From an uncultured delta proteobacterium (GTDB lineage Bacteria > Desulfobacterota > Binatia > Binatales > Binataceae), in the NCBI GenBank assembly GCA_963724765.1, contig CAVRVY010000003.1, forward strand, positions 160,001 to 224,000: 64,000 nt of DNA, written 5' to 3'. A program made the position numbers and the translations under genes. The notes beneath the pieces were generated by a model. That model worked only from the letters and a program-made list of their open reading frames with translations, did not search any database and had not been told where the DNA came from. Shown piece after piece: positions 33,036-41,908 of the stretch (positions are counted from its first letter, which is position 1; every line of letters begins with the position of its first letter).

Positions 33036-33721
33036 ATGTCACACCTAAGAAAGATCCGTACAATTCTATTCGTAATCCCTGTCATTGTGACGTCTTCTGC
33101 TCGCTCTTCTGTCTCGATCAATGGCGCCGGACTGACGCTGTCAAAGACCAACTCGGCGCGATTGGGTATGTTGAGCTGAGTTACGCGATCGCGAAAGACC
33201 TTGCTTATGCGCTACTACTGAACCGCGCCGGCACCTGGGTCGACGCCAACCCGCAAACGATTAGCGCCGCCGCCGCGAGTATCGCGGATCAGATGCCGGG
33301 CGACCTCCAACAATCAATAACCCACGCACCTGCTCCATCCGCCTACCCGATTAGTTCCTACAGCTATCTGCTCCTCTTCAAACAGCAGAGCGATTCCACG
33401 AAGACCGACTCTTTCCGCAAATTTGTGAACTGGATCCTCCATGATGGCCAGGCGTACGCTGCGCCCCAACATTATGCGCCGCTGCCGGAAAAGGTTGTGG
33501 ATCGAGCGGAGCTTCAACTAAAGCAGATCGAGGTCGTGACCGGAGCCGGAGTAGCCGCCGCCTCGTGCAGGCAAAGCTTGGGTTTGGCCAAACCCAACAC
33601 CCATCTAGGACGTAGCTGGTTCCTTGTCCTCAGACTGACGATTCAGTCACCAACTTTAACCGCAAACGACCTCGCTGCGCTTGATCTTCTGTTCATTTCT
33701 ATGATACCAGAAATATCGTAA
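33036..33721 (+). pseudogene. PstS paralog with a large internal deletion
   Basis: ATG 33036 signal peptide and SINGAG jump (with a frame change) to AIGYVELSYA...AYPISSYSY...YAPLP; the central lobe is missing. Confidence 0.75.
33695..33714. promoter_or_regulatory. Palindromic ArsR-type operator
   Basis: ATTTCT-N8-AGAAAT just upstream of arsR ATG 33721. Confidence 0.45.
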
Positions 33722-34140
33722 TGAAGCGGCGCGTCGAACAGTTCAGTGCCTTGGGGCAAGAGGACCGGTTGGAAATCTTCCGGCTATTGGTCCGCGCGGG
33801 ACCGGAAGGCAATTGCGTAGACAACATCAAGCGGCGGCTTAGGATGCCGGGCTCCACCCTTTCCCATCATCTCGACGCGCTGACGCGCTCTGGTTTGATC
33901 ACGGCACGGCGCTCCGGTCGCTTCATCTTCTACGCCGTGAACTGGCGGGAAACCGCGAACCTGATTCGGTTTCTGACCGAGGATTGCTGTGCCGAAATGC
34001 ATACCAAGTTCGCGGCATCTGGTGAGCCGCCAGCTCCCCAAATTCCTGACACGCGCAGAGACGGGTGCTGTGCCGAAGTACAACCGGCGGTTCCTCGCAT
34101 CGTTCGAAGGGCCGCGGTTCTGAAAGCTGAGGAAACCTGA
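33721..34140 (+). CDS. arsR: ArsR/SmtB family regulator with two CC pairs
   Basis: LGQEDRLEIFRLLVRAG, STLSHHL, LTEDCC, DGCC. Confidence 0.9.
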   Translation: MKRRVEQFSALGQEDRLEIFRLLVRAGPEGNCVDNIKRRLRMPGSTLSHHLDALTRSGLITARRSGRFIFYAVNWRETANLIRFLTEDCCAEMHTKFAASGEPPAPQIPDTRRDGCCAEVQPAVPRIVRRAAVLKAEET

Positions 34141-34291
34141 AAAATGGCGGGCCGAGCTTGTGCATATCCGACAAATGCGAGAGCGCTGCTCAGACAAGAA
34201 GCGGAGCGCTCCTGACGAGCGGCCTTTTTCGTCTTTCTACGTCTACAGAACTGAACGATGCATCGAGAAATTTCAGAGGGAGTAAAAGAGC

Positions 34292-34822
34292 ATGAAGCGC
34301 TTCCACGTACATGTAGCGGTTGAGAACCTCAGCGATAGCGTAAGGTTCTACTCGGACTTGTTCGGCATGAAGCCAACGGTCGAACGGCCAGACTATGCCA
34401 AGTGGATGCTCGAGGACCCGCGTCTGAATTTTGCGATTTCGTCGCGGGGCCACAAACCCGGCGTGAACCATTTGGGATTCCAGGCCGATGATCCGGCGGA
34501 ACTGGCGGAGCTAGGCGCGCGAGCCGATCGTGCTTCTGGATCGGCGGTTCTGAAAGAGACCGAAGTCGAATGTTGCTATACCAAGGGTAACAAGTACTGG
34601 GTGATCGACCCTCAAGGCCTGGCGTGGGAGCACTTTCAGACGCTGGGCGAAGTGCCAATCTTTGGTGAAGACACGAGGATGAATCAAGACGAAGGGGAAG
34701 CGTGCTGCATCCCGCTTCATAGTGGCAAAAGCTCCGCTGCTGAGGAGTCAAAAGGGGCGTGCTGCGTGGCCGCAGCTTCGCAGGATACGGTTCAGGCACG
34801 CAAGGCGGGAGCATGTTGCTGA
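34292..34822 (+). CDS. ArsI/CadI-family VOC metalloenzyme with Cys-rich tail
   Basis: MKRFHVHVAV, DYAKW.LEDPRLNFAIS, NHLG, CCY..G.KYWV.DP.G..WE; three additional CC pairs at the C-terminus. Confidence 0.88.
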   Translation: MKRFHVHVAVENLSDSVRFYSDLFGMKPTVERPDYAKWMLEDPRLNFAISSRGHKPGVNHLGFQADDPAELAELGARADRASGSAVLKETEVECCYTKGNKYWVIDPQGLAWEHFQTLGEVPIFGEDTRMNQDEGEACCIPLHSGKSSAAEESKGACCVAAASQDTVQARKAGACC

Positions 34823-34886
34823 TCAGCAATGATCAGAAGCAGAGCGTTTGATCGACATGGACCGCAGGATCTAATCCTCAATCGAA

Positions 34887-35723
34887 ATGGAGAGAGATGC
34901 GATGAGCAACAACGAATCGATCAAGGAGGCAGTCCGCGAGAACTATGCGCGCGCGGCGCTGCGGGTCGTCAATAACGAAAGTACTTCATGCAGCGGGACG
35001 GCGGCTCCCGCGGGAAATCCGATCACCTCGAATTTGTACGCTGACGGCGAAACCGGGTCTCTTCCGAAGGAAGCGATCGCGGCGTCATTGGGATGCGGCA
35101 ATCCAACTGCGCTAGCCGAGCTTAGGCCGGGCGAGACAGTGCTCGACCTCGGCTCCGGCGGTGGCATCGACGTATTGCTCTCCGCGCGCCGCGTGGGGCC
35201 GGCAGGCAAAGCTTACGGTCTCGACATGACCGACGAGATGCTTGCCCTGGCGCGCGAGAACCAGCGCAAGGCGGGGGCGCAAAACGTCGAGTTTCTGAAG
35301 GGCGAGATCGAAAACATCCCGTTGCCCGACAACTCAGTCGACGTGATCATCTCGAATTGCGTGATCAACCTTTCGGGCGACAAAGACCGCGTGCTGACGG
35401 AGGCGTTCCGCGTGTTGCGCCCGGGAGGCCGCTTCGCAGTCTCGGACGTGGTGGTGCGTGGCGAGGTCCCGGCCCAGATCCGTCGCAACGTTGAGTTATG
35501 GATCGGATGCGTCGCCGGGGCGCTGGAGGAATCCGAGTATCGGGCGAAATTGAGCGGCGCTGGATTCGCGGAGGTCGAGGTCGAGCCGACCCGCATCTAC
35601 CGCGCGGAGGACGCGAAGGAGTTTTTCGCCCAAGCGAATCTCGACATCGAAAAAATCGCGCCGCTGGTCGAGGGCAAGTTCATGAGCGCCTTCGTCCGCG
35701 CGCGCAAACCAATCGACGATTAA
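34887..35723 (+). CDS. arsM: Arsenite S-adenosylmethionine methyltransferase
   Basis: SLGCGNP, LDLGSGGGID, ISNCVINL, WIGCVAGA. Confidence 0.95.
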   Translation: MERDAMSNNESIKEAVRENYARAALRVVNNESTSCSGTAAPAGNPITSNLYADGETGSLPKEAIAASLGCGNPTALAELRPGETVLDLGSGGGIDVLLSARRVGPAGKAYGLDMTDEMLALARENQRKAGAQNVEFLKGEIENIPLPDNSVDVIISNCVINLSGDKDRVLTEAFRVLRPGGRFAVSDVVVRGEVPAQIRRNVELWIGCVAGALEESEYRAKLSGAGFAEVEVEPTRIYRAEDAKEFFAQANLDIEKIAPLVEGKFMSAFVRARKPIDD

Positions 35724-36009
35724 CGAATCGAACGCCACGGGCATCCGAGGGCCGCAGACTGACAGGAGACAGGGCGCGACAGCCTCACCCGCCAACGGAA
35801 TTTCCAATGATATACCAATTTCGGTCGGCTTCAGCTGTACGCGTTAGATTAAACCCGATTGTGCTGAACCGAGTTCGTTGGCCAAGCCCAGGCGGCGGCA
35901 CCGGATCGCCGCGGCGTGCAGAACGGACGGCATTGGGTGGGCAGGCAAATCGAGCTCGGTTATGGCCGCGATCACTCCGCTGCGACCACTCAGAATCCGC
36001 ACGGCCGCC

Positions 36010-36255
36010 CGTGCTACGGCCGCGCGCCAGTTCGAACGCCGGCAAATGGCAGCCCCCGACTGCCGCTCTTCGGTTCCACCAGTCAGATATCTTGAGACGT
36101 AATAGCGATAGCGGCGTTCGCCTTTGACCGCGTTACTCGGCGTCAGACCTGACCGCGCTCGTCGAACAGCTTCCCGATGAGCGCGCTCGACTCGACCCCA
36201 CGGCTTCGACTCTCATGACGAAGGGCCTTTCCGGCCAGCTTCGCACGGGTCTGGA
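36010..36255 (-). pseudogene. Internal remnant of a second large serine recombinase
   Basis: Manual minus-strand translation across frameshifts gives SALIGKLFDERG / LTPSNAVKGERRYRYYVSR / LPAFELAR. Confidence 0.65.
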
Positions 36256-36448
36256 GCTCTCGAATTTCGAACGTCGAAATAGCCTTGTGCGAATTCCGCG
36301 AATCATTACTTTGTTACTTTGCTCCCTTTTTGCTCGGCTGAGACCGTAAACCCGAGCGCGCCCCATAACTCTCTTCGGCGGTGGTCAGGAGTAAGGAAAT
36401 GGGTGTTTAAACGATATATCAGAGGGTTTCGGATTTGATGACCGAGAG

Positions 36449-36477
36449 CGGTAACCTTTTCCTACGGCGCATCGTCT
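36449..36477 (+). promoter_or_regulatory. ECF-type promoter CGGTAACC-N16-CGTCT (copy 1, upstream of the sigma gene)
   Basis: GTAACC at 36451-36456 and CGTCT at 36473-36477; identical architecture at 37453-37481. Confidence 0.7.
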
Positions 36478-36496
36478 CTACCAAGGGAGGATTGTT

Positions 36497-37081
36497 ATGC
36501 CGGTAGCCTCGGATATCTCCGCCCTTTACGAGCGGTTTGGCAGTCGAATCTACAGCTATCTGCGTCGTCTCACCCAAAATGCCGAACTGGCTGAGGATCT
36601 CACCCAAGGTACCTTTCTCCGAGCGGTGGAAAGTTTCCAATCTTTCCGTGGTGAAGGAGAGGTCTCGAATTGGCTCTACCGCATTGCAACCAACCTCTTC
36701 CGCGATTACCTCCGTGCTCGCAAAGGCAGGGAACAGGACGCTTGGGACGAAGAAATGCCGGATATTTCTCAGGTACCGGCCACTGACCCTCCTGTCACGC
36801 AGTTTCTAGAACGTAAGGAGGTCACACAGTGCGTTCGTGACTGTATCGCCGCACTGCCAGCACCATATCGCGCCGCGCTTCTACTTTATGCGATTGAAGG
36901 CAAAACCGTCGAAGAGAGCGCTGCCATCCTGGGCTGCAGCAAGGAGGCGGTCAAAGTCCGTCTCCATCGCGGGCGCCATCTATTCAAATCGCTCGCCACT
37001 GAGCGATGTGAGGTTTCGGTTGAACCCCGTGGAGGCGTTACCTGCCTGCCGAAGGAATCGCGCAAGGAGTCCCCGTCATGA
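36497..37081 (+). CDS. ECF sigma-70 factor
   Basis: AEDLTQGTFL, WLYRIATN, LP..YRAALLL, AVKVRLHRGR. Confidence 0.94.
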   Translation: MPVASDISALYERFGSRIYSYLRRLTQNAELAEDLTQGTFLRAVESFQSFRGEGEVSNWLYRIATNLFRDYLRARKGREQDAWDEEMPDISQVPATDPPVTQFLERKEVTQCVRDCIAALPAPYRAALLLYAIEGKTVEESAAILGCSKEAVKVRLHRGRHLFKSLATERCEVSVEPRGGVTCLPKESRKESPS

Positions 37082-37317
37082 ATTGTCAGGAATTTCTCGA
37101 ATCGATGTTTGAGTTCTGCCGCGGAGAAGGGAAGCCCGAGGAAAGGACACTTAGTCAGGCTCATTTGACAAGTTGCGCTCGCTGCACGCAGGAGTTGGCG
37201 GAAACCGAGACATGCTTTTCCATGATGAAATCCTGCTGTGGCGCGGAGAAGATTCCTGAAGACCTGGAACTGAAACTCAAGGAACTGATGGCGAGCTGCT
37301 GCGGCAGCCGGAAGTAG
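37078..37317 (+). CDS. Cys-rich zinc-binding anti-sigma factor (HxxxCxxC)
   Basis: MNC...HLTSCARC; ATGA overlap with the sigma gene; 9 Cys in 79 aa including two SCCG. Confidence 0.85.
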   Translation: MNCQEFLESMFEFCRGEGKPEERTLSQAHLTSCARCTQELAETETCFSMMKSCCGAEKIPEDLELKLKELMASCCGSRK

Positions 37318-37452
37318 GAAAGAGCAACATGTGCCTGATTGGATACGGATGGCTCCCGCTACTCGGTCTTTTGCTGATGGCCGGGATGATATTGCTGTGC
37401 GTACGGAGATGTCGCTGCTGTATGGTTAGACACAATGAGCGTCACAGCAAGC

Positions 37453-37481
37453 CGGTAACCATTGCCACTGAGAGGCCGTCT
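37453..37481 (+). promoter_or_regulatory. ECF-type promoter CGGTAACC-N16-CGTCT (copy 2)
   Basis: GTAACC at 37455-37460 and CGTCT at 37477-37481. Confidence 0.7.
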
Positions 37482-37535
37482 GTACAAGGTGAGCGCCCTT
37501 AGAGGCGTACTACCTTTCACCAGGAGCAGAAGCGA

Positions 37536-37613
37536 ATGGAAACACGGCTCTCGCAGAAAGAAAAAGAACTCGTCGTAGTGGGCGCCTCGGTCGCTGCGGG
37601 CTGTATTCCCTGT
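37536..37613 (+). pseudogene. N-terminus of an AhpD/CMD-family protein truncated by an IS end
   Basis: AGGAG RBS; METRLSQKEKELVVVGASVAAGCIP(C) matches the CMD 'KELIA.GASVA..C..C' motif. Confidence 0.7.
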
Positions 37614-38713
37614 TGTGCCTCCCAAAAACCTTATCCCGGATGACGCGCGGGTAAGCGTATGGTAATGAAGCGGCCGATGGTGGCGTTTCTGAGCCAGCTG
37701 CTGCTTGCTATCCGGTCGCGGTTCACGGGGCGCGCGCGGCTTGAGGCCGAGAATCTCCTCCTGCGCCAACAACTGGTAGTTCTGCGGCGCAAGTTCCCGA
37801 CGCGCGTGAGACTGTGGAACATCGATCGCTTGCTGTTGGTATGGCTGTATCGACTGTACCCGTCGCTCCTGGACGCGATCACCATCGTCCAGCCGGAGAC
37901 CGTGATCCGCTGGCACCGACGCGGTTTCCGCGCCTATTGGCGCTGGAAGTCCCGCCACGTCGGCGGCCGTCCAAGGATCGATTGCGAGATGCGAGCGCTG
38001 ATCCGGCGGGGATGAGCCGCGAGAACCCGCTGTGGGGCGCACCGCGGATCCACGGCGAATTGTTGATGCTTGGAATCGAGGTCGCTGAATCAACCGTCGG
38101 CAGGTATATGGTCTGGCGCCGCCGACCACCGTCCCAAGGTTGGAAGACTTTCCTGCGCAATCACGTTGGCGGCATCGCTTCGCTGGATCTGTTCGTCGTA
38201 CCCACGTCTCGTTCAAGCTGCTGTACGGCTTGGTGATCCTGCGTCACGCCCGCAGGCGACTAGTCGCGATCAGCGTCACTACCAATCCGACTGCCGAGTG
38301 GATCGCTGGACAGGTGACTGACGCTTTCCCCTGGGACGAAGCGCCGCGTCACCTGATTCGCGACCGCGACGGGGGCCTTCGGCCCAGCCTACACCCATCG
38401 CATTCGGGCAATGGGGATCCGCGATCATCCGACCGCGCCGCGTTCACCGTGGCAGAACGGCCACGTCGAGCGCCTCATCGGCTCGATCCGGCGCGAAAGC
38501 CTCGATCACTTGGTCGTGTTCGACGAAGCGCAGTTGCGTCGCGTTCTGAAGAATTACGTTTCTTATTACAATCGGGTCCGAACGCATCTCTCATTGGACA
38601 AGAATGCGCCGGATTTTCGACGCCCACAGAAGCTCGGCCCCATCGCAGCCATCTCAATTCTGGGTGGGCTGCACCACCAATATGTAAGGGTTTAGGTTTT
38701 GACTAAGCACAAC
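37611..38713 (+). mobile_element. Integrase-core (rve) transposable element; transposase (37659-38695) frameshifted
   Basis: Ends TGTTGTGCCTCCCAAAAACC / GGTTTTGACTAAGCACAAC; LEAENL.LRQQL, ENPLWGAPRIHGEL, LIRDRD, SPWQNG.VER.IGSIRRE, GGLHHQY. Confidence 0.85.
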
Positions 38714-38931
38714 CGTCCGGGAAAGGGCTGTATGGTGGCTACTCCTACTGATTTTTGTTGGCTGGAGGATTTTCGCACAAAGTAACGCTGCCGATGATCG
38801 AAACTTTTCGTTCATTGACGTATGAATTCGAGCCAAAGCGCTCCGATGTTATCTTCGAATGCATATTCTATTGGGATGTTTTTTTCGACGATGTTTGTCG
38901 CGGGTCTCGCTGGATTAGTTCACAGCTAAAT

Positions 38932-38987
38932 CCTGTGCCGTGCCTAGTCAAAACCTAGACCCGGACGTATTGATGATGAATTCCGCC
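38932..38987 (-). mobile_element. Solo right end of the same rve element family, inverted
   Basis: GTGCCTAGTCAAAACCTAGACCCGGACGTATTGATGATG encodes HHQYVRV-stop on the minus strand. Confidence 0.75.
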
Positions 38988-39740
38988 GGGACTGGTATCG
39001 CTGCTCTTTATCCAAGATAAGTCCGGACTTCATTGTAATACGAGGCGCACACCTTTAGAACGTCGTGCAAGTGCGCCTAGCCGAACACGATTAGGTAGTC
39101 GAGAGATTCGCGACAGATCGATCCGGTGAGCCGCCGGTCAGCGTGGCCATTCGGAGCAGAAAGACCATTGAGTTGCAAACACGAAGGCAACGGTTCTTGA
39201 TGGCGATTGCCGTATTCCACATTCGTGCAGTGGGGATCCGAGATCACCCTCTCGCCCCACGCTCACGGAGTCAGATTCAGGATTTAAAAAGGTGCCCGGC
39301 GGTTCAAGGAGACCGCTAGATGACCGTCGCCGGGCCACTCATGCGATACGAAGTCCGCCGCATCACGCTTGGGCGTCGCCCTGTTTGCGACCGCGCGCGA
39401 TTCGAGACAGGTCGCGTTGGTCCAAAGTCGCACCGATTTTCATCACCGCGGTCCACGATCAGGCTGACACCTCGAACTCATCCGCGCCTTTGCGAGCCGT
39501 CCGGACCACCCTTTGCGTCTCCGTGCGCCCGGATTATTAATAGATTTTTGAGAAGCGACAGGCGGCGAAGGCTCTTTGGACGCCACGCAGGACGCCGTAA
39601 ACTGAACCCTGGCCGCGCCCTTGAAAAGACGCACAACTTGGCCTAAACCGTCAAGCAACCGTGAGGCAAAACGGAAATTCCGGCCACAACCCGTTAGCAG
39701 GCATTGTCCTTAAGAACATACTTTCATTTTGGGGGCATGA

Positions 39741-40265
39741 ATGAACTGGGCAACAGGAAAGAGATTTTTTCTGATTCGGCTGCTGGTTTTGCCCCTCCTG
39801 ATTAACGCGATGCTGACGTCTTGTGCACCGACCCACGACAATATCGCGGACCAAATGTTGGTAGACACTCAAAAGCAGGCGGATGATGGCTTGCTAAAGC
39901 TTGAAAATCTCGGAGACGAAATCGATCGCCTCAAGAAGAGTGGTAACGCAGCCGACCAGAAAGTAGTAGCTGACGCCGAGGCTCAGGCCAGCTATGCATC
40001 CAATATAGACTTCTACAGCAAACTTCAGTCGTCGATGACAGTGCTTGACGCGCGAATGACTTCTAGCCCAGATCTTTCCACGCAGAAGATCACTACCTCA
40101 CTTGGAGACCTGGAAAAGAACATCGATTCCGCGCGTCAGGTTCATGCAAGCCAAAATACGTTGGGACCGGATTTCGCAAAGCAAATGAGGCAAACGTTGG
40201 ACCAACAGTTCAAGGTGCTGACGGTCTATGAGCTGACGATTAAAAATGGCAGTAAGCCGCAGTGA
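39741..40265 (+). CDS. Hypothetical lipoprotein
   Basis: Signal peptide with LTSC lipobox; helical body. Confidence 0.75.
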   Translation: MNWATGKRFFLIRLLVLPLLINAMLTSCAPTHDNIADQMLVDTQKQADDGLLKLENLGDEIDRLKKSGNAADQKVVADAEAQASYASNIDFYSKLQSSMTVLDARMTSSPDLSTQKITTSLGDLEKNIDSARQVHASQNTLGPDFAKQMRQTLDQQFKVLTVYELTIKNGSKPQ

Positions 40266-40282
40266 CCTTGGCTGAGGGGGCG

Positions 40283-40618
40283 ATGAACATGGCCATCGAT
40301 TGGACGCAAGTGGGCAAGGACGTTGAAGCGGCGGTCATTAATGTTCTAAAAGGCTCTTGGAGTACTGTCTCGACTGCCGCCGGCCCTCAAATTCAGGCAA
40401 TGATCAGTATCGGGCAGAGTATCGAGCAAAGTAATAATCAAGGTCGGCTGACTCCTTTAGAGTACAGCACGCTGCGCTCGGCGCAGAAGAACGCGCTAGA
40501 AGGAATACTGTGCGGTTATGAGGCCATTGGTATAGTTGTTGCGGAACAGGCAGCGGACGCGGCCTGGAACGTTATTTCTCAAACGCTGATAAAAGGGGCA
40601 GGCATCGCATTTGCTTAA
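40283..40618 (+). CDS. Hypothetical protein
   Basis: Follows the lipoprotein gene closely, GAGGGG RBS, Ala-rich helical ORF. Confidence 0.7.
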   Translation: MNMAIDWTQVGKDVEAAVINVLKGSWSTVSTAAGPQIQAMISIGQSIEQSNNQGRLTPLEYSTLRSAQKNALEGILCGYEAIGIVVAEQAADAAWNVISQTLIKGAGIAFA

Positions 40619-40659
40619 TACCTGACCCGAAAAACGTCGACCTGTTCTCGGACGGTCTC

Positions 40660-40815
40660 TTAGGCGGTCGTTGAGCTGCGTGGTAGAGATGTCAGCGTGG
40701 CCCAACCATTCCTGACCTTCGCCATGTCAGGCTCATGCGAGAGGGTATTGATCGCTGCGGTGGCGCGGAGCGAATGCACGCAAAGACCGTTCGCTTCGGC
40801 GCTGATACCGCCTTC
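40660..40815 (-). pseudogene. Tyrosine recombinase C-terminal remnant
   Basis: HSLRATAA (HxxR), then LGHADISTTQL after a frameshift. Confidence 0.75.
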
Positions 40816-40960
40816 CGGAGGATACAGATTGCGGCGAAGCTTTTGACCTGAGCGTCTGAGTGATGAGATGTGACGATGTGTTAAGAAACCGAGCAGAGTC
40901 GGATCAGCTATTTGTGTATAATCAGGCAACAGCGGTCAACGACTCAATAGGAGACCTCGA

Positions 40961-41902
40961 GTGGCCAACTTTCGAATACTTTCTTTCGACGGTGGTGGAA
41001 TCCGGGGAGTGCTGACCGCGGTTCTGCTCAATCGAGTATTAACCGAGTATCCGACGTTGTTGCAAGATCGACCCAACACGATCACGATGTTCGCCGGCAC
41101 CTCGACCGGCGGGATCTTGGCTCTCGGTATGGCTGCTGGGCTCAGCCCTACGCAGATCCGCGATCTCTATGTTACGAGCGGAAAGTTGATCTTTGATTCC
41201 TCGTGGGCGCGCGATGTGGTCGAGCTAGGCGGAGTCAGCGGATCGAAGTACGACAACGTGCAGCTCAAGCAAATTTTGCAACAGACTTTCGGCGCTCTGA
41301 GACTCAGGGACTTAACGCCACGCGTGCTGATCGCATCGTTCAGCTTAGACAATCAGGCGCTTGATCCGTCCGACCGTACTTGGAACCCTAAATTCTTCCA
41401 CAACTTTCCTGGCGCGGACAGCGACGGCGAATCTCTGGTGGTTGACGTCGCCATGTCCACCAGCGCCGCGCCTACGTACTTCCCTTCGTATGGCGTGTAC
41501 GTCGATGGCGGTGTGATCGCCAACAATCCGAGCATGGCGGCCGTTGCGCAGGCGCTGGATGGGCGTAATCAAGCAAACGAACGCGCCACGCTGGACGAGA
41601 TCAAGCTACTGTCGCTTGGTACGGGCACCTCGCTGCAATACATCCAGGGACAGGATCTCGATTGGGGCGACGCGCAGTGGATCAAGCCAATTCTTAACGT
41701 GATGATGGACGGCAGTGTAGGCGTAGCCGATTTCCAATGCGAGCAACTGCTTGGCAATCGTTATCGCCGTCTTGAACCCATATTTCCGGCCGGAAGGTCG
41801 TTCCCTATGGACGATGTCAGCAAGATCGTAGACTTGATGGACTTCGCACAGTCATTTGACCTGACCAGCACCATCGCGTGGCTGCAAGCCGCAGCATGGT
41901 GA
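40961..41902 (+). CDS. Patatin-like phospholipase
   Basis: DGGGIRG, GTSTG nucleophile elbow, SAAPTYF, DGGV.ANNP. Confidence 0.93.
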   Translation: MANFRILSFDGGGIRGVLTAVLLNRVLTEYPTLLQDRPNTITMFAGTSTGGILALGMAAGLSPTQIRDLYVTSGKLIFDSSWARDVVELGGVSGSKYDNVQLKQILQQTFGALRLRDLTPRVLIASFSLDNQALDPSDRTWNPKFFHNFPGADSDGESLVVDVAMSTSAAPTYFPSYGVYVDGGVIANNPSMAAVAQALDGRNQANERATLDEIKLLSLGTGTSLQYIQGQDLDWGDAQWIKPILNVMMDGSVGVADFQCEQLLGNRYRRLEPIFPAGRSFPMDDVSKIVDLMDFAQSFDLTSTIAWLQAAAW

Positions 41903-41908
41903 CACGTT

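Noticed and set aside
34205-34232. Terminator between arsR and the arsI-like gene
   Set aside because: Only a 5-bp stem separated from the T-run; too weak to call
37359-38216. 285-aa minus-strand ORF and similar long antisense ORFs throughout
   Set aside because: Shadow frames of GC-rich genes and transposases with no recognisable motifs
40961-41902. CBASS system (CapV-like patatin)
   Set aside because: No CD-NTase or Cap2/Cap3-like gene is recognisable nearby
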